39,092 nucleotides of DNA from an uncultured Clostridium sp. (GCA_947571975.1 CANPAC010000003.1:1-39092), one strand, 5' to 3'; numbered from the stretch's first letter, positions 21,133 to 33,896 are shown. Numbers and translations are program-made. Notes: generated by a model not told the origin, from the sequence alone.

Positions 21133-21870
21133 TTATATTCTTTTGAAAATAAAATCCTTTACATCTGTTATTTCAATAGAAGATGTACCATTTTCTACTA
21201 CATTTCCTACTGGAAAGTCTAAATTAATAGTAGTTTTATATTCTTTGCCATTTTCTAGCGAAATAGTTAAATCAAAACCTACTTTCATTTCTAAATCTTC
21301 TAATTTAATTCCTGCTTTTTTCAATAATTCCTCATGTTTTATTTCTTCTTCATTTGATTCGTAAGTTACTAAATTATCAATTGAAATTCGAAAGGCCACT
21401 AATCCACCTTGATTAGATATTTTCAATTGCTTCATATTTGACTCTGTACTTCCTGCATATTCTATATTTTCTGCTATATTTTCTTCTATATTTTTAAAAA
21501 TCAATTTTTCTTCTTGACCATCAGGTTCATAAATTTTAATTTTATCTTTTTGTTTTCCATCTATTTGTATATTTTCAATGCTAACAGACCTAATTGCTTC
21601 TGTTTTATAATATTCATTATTTTTATCTATATATAAAAAGACATCATTACTTTGATATACATCAAAAGCCCACTTTGTATTTATTGCTTCTTTATCTATT
21701 CCTTCAGAAGAACTAATAATTGAAATTTTTGATAATTCAAAAGGCATGTTAGTTTCGCCTTCTACACTATATCTTAGCATAACTATTCCTAATATAAAGA
21801 AAACAGCTACAACTACTATCATTACCATAATTCGATTAAAATATTTCTTGCTTTTTAGGTCTCTTAACAT
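21133..21870 (-). CDS. Hypothetical single-pass membrane protein
   Basis: AGGAGG RBS, N-terminal TM helix, 245-aa open frame; no family recognised. Confidence 0.75.
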   Translation of the reverse strand: MLRDLKSKKYFNRIMVMIVVVAVFFILGIVMLRYSVEGETNMPFELSKISIISSSEGIDKEAINTKWAFDVYQSNDVFLYIDKNNEYYKTEAIRSVSIENIQIDGKQKDKIKIYEPDGQEEKLIFKNIEENIAENIEYAGSTESNMKQLKISNQGGLVAFRISIDNLVTYESNEEEIKHEELLKKAGIKLEDLEMKVGFDLTISLENGKEYKTTINLDFPVGNVVENGTSSIEITDVKDFIFKRI

Positions 21871-21990
21871 TTTTCCTCCTTTGTAAAAAATAAGTTATTT
21901 AATATATTAAAATAAAATTATTAATCAATACCTAAGATGTGTCCTAAAATTTCACAAAAATGTGCAAAATGAAACGTCCCCTATTTTACC

Positions 21991-22440
21991 CTATTTTGTT
22001 CTTAATTTCTTAAAAAAGTCTTTTAATAATTTTTCGCATTCTTTTTGCAGTATCCCTGTTTCTATTTCAATTTTATGATTAAATGGATAATCTTGTAGCA
22101 AATTTAAGACTGAGCCACATGCTCCTGTTTTTGCATCCATTGTTCCTATATATACTTTTTTAATTCTTGATTGTATCATTGCTCCTGCACACATAGAACA
22201 CGGTTCTAATGTCACATACATTTCACAGTCTAACAGTCTCCAAGCGCTTAGTTTTTTGCTAGCTTTTTGAATTGCTAGTATCTCTGCATGTTTGGTTGTA
22301 TCTAGTTTGCTTTCTTTTTGGTTGTGTGCTCTTGCAATTATTTTTCCATCTTTTACAATTACACATCCTACAGGTACTTCTAATTTTGCAGCTGCTTTTT
22401 TTGCTTCTTTTATCGCTTCTTGCATGTATTTTTCTAACAT
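21991..22440 (-). CDS. tadA: tRNA adenosine(34) deaminase
   Basis: EVPVGCVIV, HAEILAI, YVTLEPCSMCAGAM, DAKTGACGS, FFKKLR. Confidence 0.95.
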   Translation of the reverse strand: MLEKYMQEAIKEAKKAAAKLEVPVGCVIVKDGKIIARAHNQKESKLDTTKHAEILAIQKASKKLSAWRLLDCEMYVTLEPCSMCAGAMIQSRIKKVYIGTMDAKTGACGSVLNLLQDYPFNHKIEIETGILQKECEKLLKDFFKKLRTK

Positions 22441-22560
22441 GGTTTACTTCCCTTTTTCTTTCCTATTTATGAATTATTATATATAACTTACTCTAAAATT
22501 GCAATAGAAAAAAACTCTTTTTAATATAAGTTTTTATTATTTAATTCTATATATAAAAAT

Positions 22561-22591
22561 AGAGGAGTTAAAAATTTAATTTTAACCCCTT
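22561..22591 (-). terminator. Hairpin downstream of the 42-bp repeat locus
   Basis: agaggagttaaaa / ttttaacccctt inverted repeat, followed on the minus strand by a T-rich run. Confidence 0.5.
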
Positions 22592-22623
22592 AATTAAATC
22601 ACGCTTTTTTTGAGCAAGCGCTT

Positions 22624-22713
22624 ACTCGAATATATTGTTCACCATTTCTATATGAGTTGTGAAACACTCGGATATATAGTTCGCCATTTTACATGAGTTG
22701 CGAAACACTCGAA
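22624..22713. repeat. ~42-bp tandem repeat (about 2.2 copies), each with a GAGT-N8-ACTC hairpin
   Basis: actcg starts at 22624, 22666 and 22707; units ttcaccatttctatatgagttgtgaaacactcg and ttcgccattttacatgagttgcgaaacactcg. Confidence 0.8.
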
Positions 22714-22935
22714 TTATTAAATATCTATTCTTTGTTAGTATATTAATTATACTATGTTTTTATTCATTATATCAATAGAATTTTGAAAATTTTTACCAAA
22801 TTTTTGATTCATTCCGCCATGTCTTGGCTTTTTATCATTTTAAATTATAATAACCTTGAACCTAATTCTATTTACGACGGTAGAAATACAAAAGTCGAAA
22901 AATTTCAAAAGTGTAAATTGAGCAATTATGGCATT

Positions 22936-22983
22936 TTCCAATGAAAAATGGGTGAAATTATTTCATTCGTTTTTCATTGGAAC
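22936..22983 (-). terminator. Hairpin after the pilin-like gene at 23003
   Basis: ttccaatgaaaaa...tttttcattggaa inverted repeat. Confidence 0.55.
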
Positions 22984-23002
22984 TTTTTTTACTAGCTCTT
23001 AA

Positions 23003-23671
23003 TTAAAACAATCCGCCATAGCCATGAGAAACATAATTTTCTGGACTAATCACAGTTTCTGGAGGAAATGGATTACCTTCTTCATTCAGTATCACGTTCC
23101 CTCTTGCATAAGATACATATATATACGTCACCATACCAAAATTCCCAGAATCATTAGGACAATAAAGTGGAGGTTCCACAACACCTTCCTCCATATTGCA
23201 ACCATTAGGCCAATTAATACTATTTTGATAATCTCCAAACTCTTCCCAAGTCGTACCCTCTCTAACTGAATATTCGACCCCATCAATTGAAAAATATACG
23301 TCTTCTAAAAATTTAATTGTTCGTTTTCCTATAGTAATTTGATATTGGGCTTCAACTCCCTTTTCTTCATTGCCTAATATTTTATCTCTTTCATCTTCAG
23401 TTAAATTTTCTTGCTCTACTAAAGAATTTACAAATTCTTCTAATGTTTTTGCTGTTTTAGTGCCAGTACGTCTATCTGTCTCTTTTTCCATTTTCCATAA
23501 ATTTTTTAATTCTTCAACAGTAGCCCCTCTACTTTCTACTTTTGAATCGTTTGCTCTAGTTAAAATTCCATTATCCCCTGCCAATGTCGCAATACTTACT
23601 CCTGCTAAAATTAATAAAACGATAATAGTTATAACTAATGCTATTAATGTAATTGCTCTATCACTTTTCAT
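23003..23671 (-). CDS. Type IV pilin-like protein (222 aa)
   Basis: MKSDRAITLIALVITIIVLLILAGVSIATLAGDNGIL; YFSIDGVEYSVREGTTWEE resembles the FTVDG..NGNTWMDW segment of the pilin at 6796-7487. Confidence 0.82.
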   Translation of the reverse strand: MKSDRAITLIALVITIIVLLILAGVSIATLAGDNGILTRANDSKVESRGATVEELKNLWKMEKETDRRTGTKTAKTLEEFVNSLVEQENLTEDERDKILGNEEKGVEAQYQITIGKRTIKFLEDVYFSIDGVEYSVREGTTWEEFGDYQNSINWPNGCNMEEGVVEPPLYCPNDSGNFGMVTYIYVSYARGNVILNEEGNPFPPETVISPENYVSHGYGGLF

Positions 23672-23783
23672 TTTTAATTCTACCTCTCTTTTCTTGTGTT
23701 TAATTTATATATTGATATTTTATCATAATTATGGATTATGTCTATATGTATTACTTAAAAATTTATCATATTTCCTTATTAAC

Positions 23784-26700
23784 TTAAATAACCAACTTTT
23801 TGATCAAGATAATACCTGCAACTAAAATTCCTAAAGTACTAATAGCAAGCATTGCATAAGCAATATAATCTGTCACTCTACCAGTTGGAGGTACAATTGT
23901 TAAGCTCTCTGAAGTATCACTATCATACTCTGTTTGACTATTCGTATTAGGTGTATAATTTCCTGGTATTGTAATTAAAGAAGCTCCTCCAGATTTCTCT
24001 ACACGAATAATTTCAGCATAATTTTCTAATACTCCTTCATCCTCATCGTCAATTGCCGTATTAGCTAATATTCTGTATGCCTTTAAAATAACCTCATTTT
24101 GTGTATTATCACCTTGTGGTTTTAAATCTTTTGACAATTTAGTAATATCAACCACTTGGTTTGTAGTAGTAAGTAAGTCTTTCATCGCTTGTGTATTTTC
24201 TAGCCATCCTTTTTCAGTTATATATTGTAACTTTTTATTATTATCTCTTATAACCTCACCAATATCTATATCCTCTAAAGCTGTTGATACATTGTTATCT
24301 AAGTAATCAATTACATTAGTTGCATCTAATGTTACTAAATCACTTTCGTTTTCGCCATACCCTTTTCCATATCTATAGAATTCTTCATTCAAATAATCTA
24401 ACTCACTAATATTTCTTGTTTTTAAAGCATAGCTTAATTCTAATCTAACACCTTGACTGATTTCATTGTCTAGCTCAAATTTAACTTGACCTTTTGCTCC
24501 TTCTGAATCTGGAATATACACTGTATGTTGAACTGAATCTTTTAATTTTCCATCTTCTATATTAGCATTAATTAAGACAACTCCATCTGATAAAATCAAT
24601 TTTGCATTTCTAATTTCTTTATTTAAAGAAATTACTTGTTTTGCTCTTTCTACAATTCCAAAGTCTATATTTTTTAGATGATTTTTATATTGTTCTTTTT
24701 TAACTGCATATATTCCATTCATTTTAACTGAACCATCACTATTTAGCTCATATTCATTATCACCTATATCTGATGGTGTTGTATAATATTCTAAGTTTAC
24801 TCTAAATGTCGGTGTAATAGCATCCATTTTTGTAGTAATTTCTTCTTTTGTACCATTCTTTTGTTCTAACTCACCATTACTTTCTATAATAACATTTTGA
24901 TTGCTATTAGTTACTAATGAAGCTTGCTCATCTATATCTTTTCTTGTTTCATAATTATCTACTGCGTCAGATACTCTTATTTCTGTATTGCTTTGTGTAT
25001 TCCATTCTGTGTTTGGATATTTTTCTTTAAATTCATCTTTGTACCATTCTAGTTGTTTTTCTTTTGCTTCATAAGATGATTTATCTACTACCGTAGACTT
25101 GTAATCTTGTACTTTATATTTTTCGTCACCCCATACATAAACTACTTTATAGTTATCTGGAACTGGAATCATTCCAGCTATTTTATAGTTTCCATTTGAA
25201 TCTGAAACAGTTACAGCATCTTCCCATTGTTTTGTTACTGTATTATATTTTTTAGCTATTTCTCCAGTTTTAGCATTTACTAATCTTACCTCTATATTAG
25301 CAATACCTTTGTCTTGACTAGCTATATATCTACCATCACCTTGTCTTACATTTCCTGATGATAAATCTTTATTTCCTGTTGTTACAGTATCTTCAAACAC
25401 TACTCCTGAAATTTCTCTTTCTTCTTGCAATACCAATTTTAATCCTGGTGCTTTGTCTGTATCATCTTCAAAAGTAGCTTTATTATTAGGTCTGCTATTT
25501 CCTGGTTGTGAATCTTTGTCTATTGCTGCATAAATATTTCCGCTTTGGTCTTTAACTGTATAAGAAGCTATTTCTGTTATACAATCTAATTTTACAACTT
25601 CGTTATTTTTATCTAATATATCTATAATTTGATCTGGCTTCACTTGTAATTGAATGTATACATATTGTTCTTCACTACCTACTGATACACTAGGGTAAAG
25701 ACTTATTTTTTGGAATCCATCTTGTGTTGTAACATTTCCTATTCTAACATTAGTTCCTGGTTTTATACTTCCATCTGAATTAATCTCTCTTCCTGCTCCT
25801 ACAAATTCATATTTAGTATCAAAATAAGTATTTAATTCATTAATCACACCTGTTAAATTGCTTTCTGAATTTCTAATTCCTATTTTATATGTAGCATAAA
25901 CTTTTAAGGTATCATCTCCTGTATAATTAATATCAGAAGCATATAATGCTCTTGTATAAGACATATTACTATATTTTGATTGGAATTTTACTAGTGGTTC
26001 CATATCATGACCGTTTTTTCCTTGGTCATTATATTTTCCATATAAACTTGGATTAAATCTATCTGCGTAATTGTAAATATGGTCTGCTCCATTGATGTGA
26101 ACTTTTACACTATTAACATCTTTTATTAAACTTAAATCTATTTTTTGTCTCTTTTTCAATCCTAAATTTATATCTGTTATCTCTGTTACGCTATTTTTTC
26201 TAATAGAATCTGCTGATATAATATGGTTTAGTCCTCCATTGTATGTATTTCTAGTGTTTGCTGCTATTACATATTGTCCATCTATTCCTGTAAATGGTTC
26301 TCTTGAATTTTCATTTCCACTATATCCATAATTATAATTTGAAGTATTTTTATCTCTTCTGTAAGATAGTGTACTTGTGTATTGTGCTGTGTTGTATGTC
26401 AATGGATATTGATTAGAAGCTCCATAGTGAATTTCTGAGTAACTATTGTTAAATGCTGTTCTGTTTCCTGCTTCTATTGCACGGTTACTTCCTGCCTGAT
26501 TTGGTCTTACTATTCTTCCATCTAAATGATAATTATTATTTTCTGATTTTACATTTTGATATGACATTCCATTATATTGAAATTCAACATAGTAATTTGA
26601 TATTTGGTCTATTAGTACATCATTAAATATATATGCTCCATTTGAATTCGTTGTTGTTCTTCCTACTATGTTTCCATTCATATCTTTTAAATATACTGGT

Positions 26701-28800
26701 ATTCCTTCTAATAATTTATCATTAACATCTAATGTTTTTTGACGATATAATTCGTTTGTCTTAATTTCTTTTCCTTCTATCCATTCTAAGTCTTCCCATG
26801 CATATCCGCTTAATTTCACATATTTTCTTTTATTATATATAGTTACACTATTAGCAGGTGTTCCTCTTTCAGTATTTTGAACAGTTTGCCTTGTTACATT
26901 TACCGTTGTAGGACTACTATTTACCTCATATCCATAATGTCCTCCTACGCTAATTTCTGTTATTTCATAATTTCCAACTAATATATTACTAATATTTATT
27001 TGGCCATTACTATCTGTTATAAATGTTGTTGCTTGATTTATATCTCCTGTATAGCTTAAATTTCCTAGTGGAGTAGTTCCTACTGCTCGTGATAATGTAC
27101 TTCCATTTCGTCCTATTGCTATTAAATATCCTCTTGACGTATCTCGTATTTTAAATTCCACTCCATTTAAAACTATATTTGGATTATCAGCATCTTTTTT
27201 AATAATTTGTAAATTTCCTGTTTGTTTTGTATTTTTTAAGTATACTGTTTTGTCTTGTCCTAATGTTCCAGCTATGCTTCCTACATTTAGAGGACTATTT
27301 AAGCTTGCATCTGGATATCCATATTGTTGTTTTTGTACTTCTAAAAATGTGTATGTTCCTTCTCTTGCTATATTGATTTTGCTTCCTGGTTGGTACCATG
27401 TTGCTTGGTTTTTATTTCCTGTATATCCTGCTGATGACCCACTTGTTCCTCCTGTTAAGTATTGCCCGTCTTGATATTGTACGATAAATCTTGTATTTCC
27501 TAAATTTGCTCCTGTATCTGTGTCTGTTTTACTTATGGTCATACTTCCTTGAAGTGGTACATTGTAATCATATTCCATCACATATGAATCATTCCAATTC
27601 CCTGAACGTTCAACTTCTATACAATCTTGATATCCACTAGCTTGCATGAAAGCTACAGTTGACCATTTATTATTTTGTACTCCTACAGTTAACAATTTAG
27701 TTAATTTTGTAGCTCCACTATTTAAAGGAACTCTAACATAAAAGTCTACATCTGGTTTTAAATTTGTTGCAAATTCATATTCTCCTGGTACATTAAAAAC
27801 TTCAGCATATAACTTAATTTTTGTTATTTCTACTTGTGTACTACCTTCATACCTAAATATTGAAGTTCCATTTATTTGGTTGCCATTTTGATCATATGCA
27901 CTTACATAACCTAGCATTGTAGGCTTGGTTTTGTCTGTATCAGTATCTAGGCTAATATATGGGAAAGACCATTTAAAAGGTCCGCACTATAATATTTCCA
28001 TTTCCATCCTCTTTAGCTCTTATTGCACTTTTATTAGTTCTATCTTCTGTTGGTTTGTCCATTCCTTCTGCATATGCTTCTGCTTGTCTCCAATATCTCA
28101 TAAAATCAGCTTGTCCCCAACACCAACTATCTGCTCCATATCCTGTAGGAATATTAACTCCTATATTTTGACCGTATTTTGTTCATCCAATCGCCCATTG
28201 TAGCCCAAATAGCCTCAGTTGTATAAACCACTTTACCTCCAGCATAGTTTCCGATGGTCACCAGCATTATCTGGGACTCTTGTATTATTGCGTGTTGCTA
28301 AGAAATATGCTAATTTCGCATTTACTCTAGTTGCTTCTGTATCAGGTTGATATACTCCTGCATTAATTCCTTCTTGGGAAGGATAACGCCAAAATACTCT
28401 CGCTTCAGAACTAATCCAGCTATCCCAACCAAGGCTATTTTTTCTGTAAATAAGATTATTAAGCGAATTACCCGCATGCCCTACTTTAGCACCAATATTA
28501 GCAACATTAGTACATTTGTATGATACTGAGTTAACACCTAAACCGTGGAGCCGTTTGGCCATGTTGTATACAAAATATACTTGGATTATGCATATAGCTA
28601 TTTGATGGAATATCTGCATTTTCATAGAAATAATCATAGTTCCATTGTGGAATTCTCCAAAATCCAGTTCCTAGGTCATCTGTTATTACGCTTCTTAAAT
28701 AATAGCTGTATACATCTTCATCTGCATTTACTACTGTTCCAGCAATTATTATTAAAAAACCAATTATTATACTAATTAGTATTTTTTTCATTTGCCTCAC
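23784..28800 (-). CDS. Giant surface protein (~1670 aa) with SpaA/Cna-B and SdrD-B-like domains and a C-terminal anchor; needs four +1 shifts (CGG 28543-45, 28251-53, 28172-74, 27982-84)
   Basis: Signal peptide MKKILISIIIGFLIIIAGTVVNA lies in ORF 28531-28800. Four successive CGGW +1 shifts give a stop-free path into the 1377-aa ORF (IIV-[CGGA]-PFKWSF...PTMLGYV). GNLQIIKKDAD, LSGYAWED, ISGVVFED motifs; C-terminal VPPTG + TM. Confidence 0.8.
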
Positions 28801-28821
28801 TTTTTCTACCTCCTTTCCTTA

Positions 28822-31800
28822 CTATTCTTTTTTGTCTTTCTTTTTATTTCTTATTATTATAAAAGCTATTGTACTAAGGATTGCTACTATAATTACTGCA
28901 ATTGAAATATAAATTATTCCACCTGTTCTAATACTTAATAACAATTCCGCTGTTGATATATCATTTTCTCCATTTACCTTATTTCCTGGTATCGAATTGC
29001 TATCTGTAATTCCTAATTCATTATAATCTTCTGCTATTTCTGCTGTATTTTCTACTACTCCTGCTTTATTTTCTGTTAAAGTCTTTGACAATGTTAAAGT
29101 TACAACTTTACTTTCTCCTGGTTTTATTTTTTGATTTGCTAAGCTTGCTGTATACAAAGTATTGCCCTGTCTGTACCATTCTTTATTTTGTGTTGTACTG
29201 AATTCCCAATCAGAATCCATATAATCTGCTATTTTTCTAGCATATCCTGCTATTTCCCCCTGATTTGTTACTACAATCTTGTATTCTACAAAAATATCAG
29301 TAGCATTCATTTGTTTTGCATCTATTTCTATTTTTGCCATACTTTCATCATTGTATCCTCTTACAGTTGTTCCCTTTTCATTTTGAACTATTATTTTGCT
29401 TATATATTTATTTAATGCTAAATCAAAATTCTTCAATTTTATTAAACCTATATTGATATTTGGAATATTGTTGTCTTCTATTTGTATAATATCTGTAGAT
29501 GCTACTTTTTTCTTTTCATTTTGTATTGTTAGCTCATTTTTGATAACGTTAGAATTTTCAGATTCTAGTACACCTTGTGCTTTATACTTTGTTATATCAT
29601 ATATAGAAGTATCATAATCAAATATTACAATATATTTACCGTTCTTAATTTTATTTAATATATAAATACCTTTATCATTTGTTGTTGCTTCTAATATTTG
29701 CCCATCTTGGTGTTTTACCATATTATTTGTTTCTACATTTAATAATTTAACTTTAATATTGCTTAGTAATTCTTCCTCTGGATCCTTTTTACCATTTTCA
29801 TTTTTATCAAACCATGCTACACCTGCTATGCTAGATTTTCCGTTAGCTATGTCTGGTTTATCAGGATTATCAGGGTTATCAGGAGTGTCTGGCTGATCTG
29901 GTTTATCAGGTTTATCAGGGATATCTGGATTCACATCTGGTTGAATAATTAAACTCACCTCTGCTTTTGCTACTTCATTTCCTAGATAATCTTCTAATAT
30001 TGCTGTATTTGTAATCTGTTCTGCTTCTTCTCTTGATAATGAATAATTCACAATGGTTTCTATTTGTATTATAGTTGTTTGATGTGGTTCAATTACTAAT
30101 TTTACTGTTGCAAAATTATAGGCTGTATTTTCTTCTTCTACTCCATCTCTCATTATTCTTTTCATTGCTAATTGTGTTGGAATTCTATCTAATAATTGTG
30201 CTCCATTAATCCTTCTATCGCCATTATTAGTTACTGTTATTGTATATGTTACTATATCATCTGTTTTAATATATTGTGATTCTGTATTAACAGACATAGT
30301 CATAGACGCATCTATTATATATATTTCATCATACCAGTTATTAGATAGATGTTTTATATTTTCTCTATCTGTTCCAACAGCATATATATATATTTCATTA
30401 TCGTCTTTCTCTGCTTCTTTAAGCCTTATCGTATAGGCTAAAACTTTAGATTTTCCCGCTTCTATTGTTCCTATATTTAATTCTTCACTATATTCTATAT
30501 CTTGCAAAGTTGAATTATACTGTAAAGTATTTTCTATATTTAAATCTATAGCTTCTGTTAATTTTACTCCAGCTATTGATAACTTATCAGAAAAATCAAG
30601 TTTTACTTTTACATTGTCTTGTTGCTTTCCTGATATATTTTCAACAATTACATGAAATTCTGTTAACATTCCTTTATTAAAGTCAATTTTTCTATCTGTT
30701 ACACGTTTAGTAGTTAATCTTATACTTCCTTTATCTGTTGCATGTATTGCTTCTTGTGTTTGTTTGCTTACTTCTCCATAATTAATCTGTACTATATTAC
30801 TTAAATTTGTTCCTACTGCTGTATTGTTATTAACTCTTACTTCATATTGCTTAATTACTTTTTCTCCAACATTTAATTGATCTATAGTTTCTTCATAATT
30901 TCTATCAGTCAATTCTTTATAATACTTACCAAAGTTATATTCATAACCTAAATCCCCATAAAATCCGCCTACTCTACTATCGTCATCTACTACCACCATC
31001 GTTGTTCCGTCAGGCACTCTTCCATTTACACGAACATTACTAATATCTTCTGTACCAGTATTTGCAACCTCAATTATATATTTAATAACTTCGCCATTCT
31101 TAACTGTCCCTGTGATAGCTTTTCCACCTACAGTTGCTGTTAATTTCACCTCTGCCTCTGGTCCTACACCTGTTTTCATTACTATATTAGTAGATTTCAA
31201 AGTTGTTGGTACTTGTGTTTCATCATTTTGATATTTAACTTGGTATTTAGTTTCAGCTACTTGATTATACTCTAAGTTTTCTGGTATCTCATATTGATAA
31301 TTTGCTTGCACACTTTGCTTAGCTTCTAAATTATCAATAACAAGTAAATACTTACTTACTTTACTTGAATCCTGAATTTGTTCTGTCCAGCCATTTGTAG
31401 CTAGCTCTAAATCTTCTGTAGCATCTGAATTTTCAGAATAATAAGTTTTTACTGTTTCAGGAGTATTTAATTTCCCTAATACTTTAATATCCATATTGTT
31501 ATCATCATTATTAGTTGGAAAATCTCCTACTATTTTTACATTTTCAATATTTTTGTCTTGGTTATTAATAATTTCGAAGTCAGCTTGTAACTGTTTCCCT
31601 TCAGCTCCTATTGGTATAGCTGTTTGTATGTTATTCTCTTGACCTGTTGTTTCAACATTTAAATCTTTTACATCATATATTGTTGTAATATCTGTTGGAG
31701 CAACTAAATTAATTAGTGTTTTTACAGTATTTACTTCTGCTCCTTTATTTAAATATGTGCTTATAATTTCTGTTTCTTGAGTTGTAGCTTTTCTGTTTAC

Positions 31801-33313
31801 ATCAATACTAGCATTTACTACTATTGTAGCACCTTCTATAGCACCTTCTTTATACGTTGTTTGTTCTCCATCTAAAGTTATTAAAATTGCTCTATCATTA
31901 GTCTCGCAATTTACTATTTGTAATTCATCTTCATATAAAAGGTCAATACTATTAACTGTAATATTATCTACTTGTTCTGGTAATTGTATTTTAACTTGTG
32001 GGTTACTTGCTAATTCATATTTGTTATTATTAGAAAGTAAAACTGCTTTTATTTCCACATTATTACTAATAGATGTGGATAACTCTTTTTGACTCATTTC
32101 TATTTTCATTTCAGATTTTGTTTCTAACAAATTCATTTTTACTAAATTTGTTACACCATTTACAATAACATTATCTTCTAAATATTGAAAAGCTTCAATG
32201 TCCTTTCTATCATAACCAATATTAGCATTAATTGTTTTTTGATTATTAATTCTAATTGTCCCTTCTTGAGCTGGCTTTGTTGTTGTAATTGTAATATTTT
32301 TCACTTCATTTTCAGGATAATTAATTACTATATTACCATTGTCGTCTTCTTTTGTATCTTTGTGAATAATTATTTCTTCGTCATTACCTTTGTTTATTTT
32401 AATTTGTCCTTGCTCACCTAATATGCGAAGCATGTTTTCTTTATTAATTACTGTTTGATTAAAATATGTAGTATTATTTGTAGGCATTACCGTTCTTTCG
32501 TTTTTTTCTTCATTATAGTAAGTAAATTCATCTTGCGTATTTACAATTTCAATTTTTTCTGTGTTATTAATATCTGATATTTCTAAAATATAATTTTCCT
32601 GATATTTTGTTTTGTTTTCTTTTGCTTCATATAAATATCCTTTGTAAACATCATCACTCATTTGTGTTTGAAGTGATACAATCTCTCCAATTGCTTGTAC
32701 TTCCCATGTTTTTTCATCTGTTGAATGAATTTCATCTTTATTTTCTAGCTTTGTATATACATTAGTTTGCAAAACTACATTTTGAGGTTCTAATTGTTCT
32801 TCTTGCTTTTCTTCTATTTCTGTGTAATGGTAAATTATTTTGTAGCTTTCTTCGCTTTTTCCCCAATTATCTATTCCGATTCTCTTTTGAAATGGTTATA
32901 TCTAATGTTTCGCTTTGCTGTGTATATTGATAATTGTTTTTATCTACTTTTTTGCCATTGACTAATAAAACCACTGATTTTGGTTTTTTACCTTGTATTT
33001 CTGGTACTTTAATTTGTAGCCTTTCTGCCTCTTTTGCCAAACTTTGTTGGTTGTTTATCACTGCAATTTTTTGTTGAACTAGAGCTTCATTTTCTGCTAG
33101 TTTTATATACTTTTCGATTTCTTGCTCTATTTTAACTTCAGGTGTTTCTCCTTCTTCATTTTCTGCTAGTTTAAAGTTTTGCTGTGTACCTACTGCTACT
33201 TCTACTGCTTTTACCATTCTTTCTTGCGTCCAAATGCCTAGTATTGCTACAGTGCAAAATATACATAAGATAATTATTTGCCAATTGCTTCTTCTTTTTT
33301 CTACTTTTTTCAT
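28822..33313 (-). CDS. Giant surface protein (~1496 aa) with DUF11-like and SdrD-B-like domains and C-terminal TM; +1 shift at CGG 32876-32878
   Basis: Signal/TM in ORF 32867-33313; KEN-[CGGA]-IDNWGKSEESYKIIYHY...VVLQTNV joins ORF 28822-32772; GEVIKYIIEVANTG, IVTYTITVTNNG, IAGVAWFDKNENG; C-terminal IRTGG + TM + basic tail. Confidence 0.82.
29851..29940 (-). repeat. 9-bp coding repeats encoding a (PDx)n linker
   Basis: PDVNPDIPDKPDKPDQPDTPDNPDNPDKPD in the translation. Confidence 0.85.
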
Positions 33314-33618
33314 GCTAAACCTCCAAAAATATAGATTTTGTGCTAAGTATATTATAATATTTTATTTTTCTATTCTCAATGGAAGTTTTTTCTACATATT
33401 AAAAAACCTTCCATATCTATATACGGAAGGTTCTTTTTGTCTATTTCTTCTTTCTATATTAAGTTTTCCTTACATTTTTCATTCTTTATGTAATATTTGT
33501 ATTATTTCTATATCATTTTTCTTTGAATTGGTTGGTTGCGTAAGATAAATTCAAAATTTGTATTTTTATGTAAAATATGTTATAATCAAATTATAAATCA
33601 ACAGGAGGTAAATACACC

Positions 33619-33786
33619 ATGGCTAATTTTTTTGGTATTGAAGTCAATACCGCAAACATGACTTTAGAAGAACTTGAGGAAGCTAGAAGAAAAACTCGGG
33701 ATATGTTATTTCATCTCAAACATCAAATTTACTTAAGAAAAATGGCTAACCACAGGCACTCTTCTGAAGAATCTAAAACCCGCTAA
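33619..33786 (+). CDS. Small hypothetical protein (55 aa); not in the ORF track
   Basis: AGGAGG RBS, upstream TGTTATAAT extended -10, MANFFGIEVNTANMTLEELEEARRKTRDMLFHLKHQIYLRKMANHRHSSEESKTR*, terminator overlapping the stop. Confidence 0.6.
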   Translation: MANFFGIEVNTANMTLEELEEARRKTRDMLFHLKHQIYLRKMANHRHSSEESKTR

Positions 33787-33802
33787 ATTTTAGCGGGTTT
33801 TT
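33775..33802. terminator. Intrinsic terminator between the small ORF and the tRNA
   Basis: aaaacccgctaaa-tttagcgggttttt. Confidence 0.7.
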
Positions 33803-33820
33803 CTTATGTATATTTTTTTC

Positions 33821-33896
<76 letters not shown>

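Noticed and set aside
22624-22713. Possible mini CRISPR array
   Set aside because: Units are contiguous near-identical tandem copies with no unique spacers, and there are no cas genes in the window.
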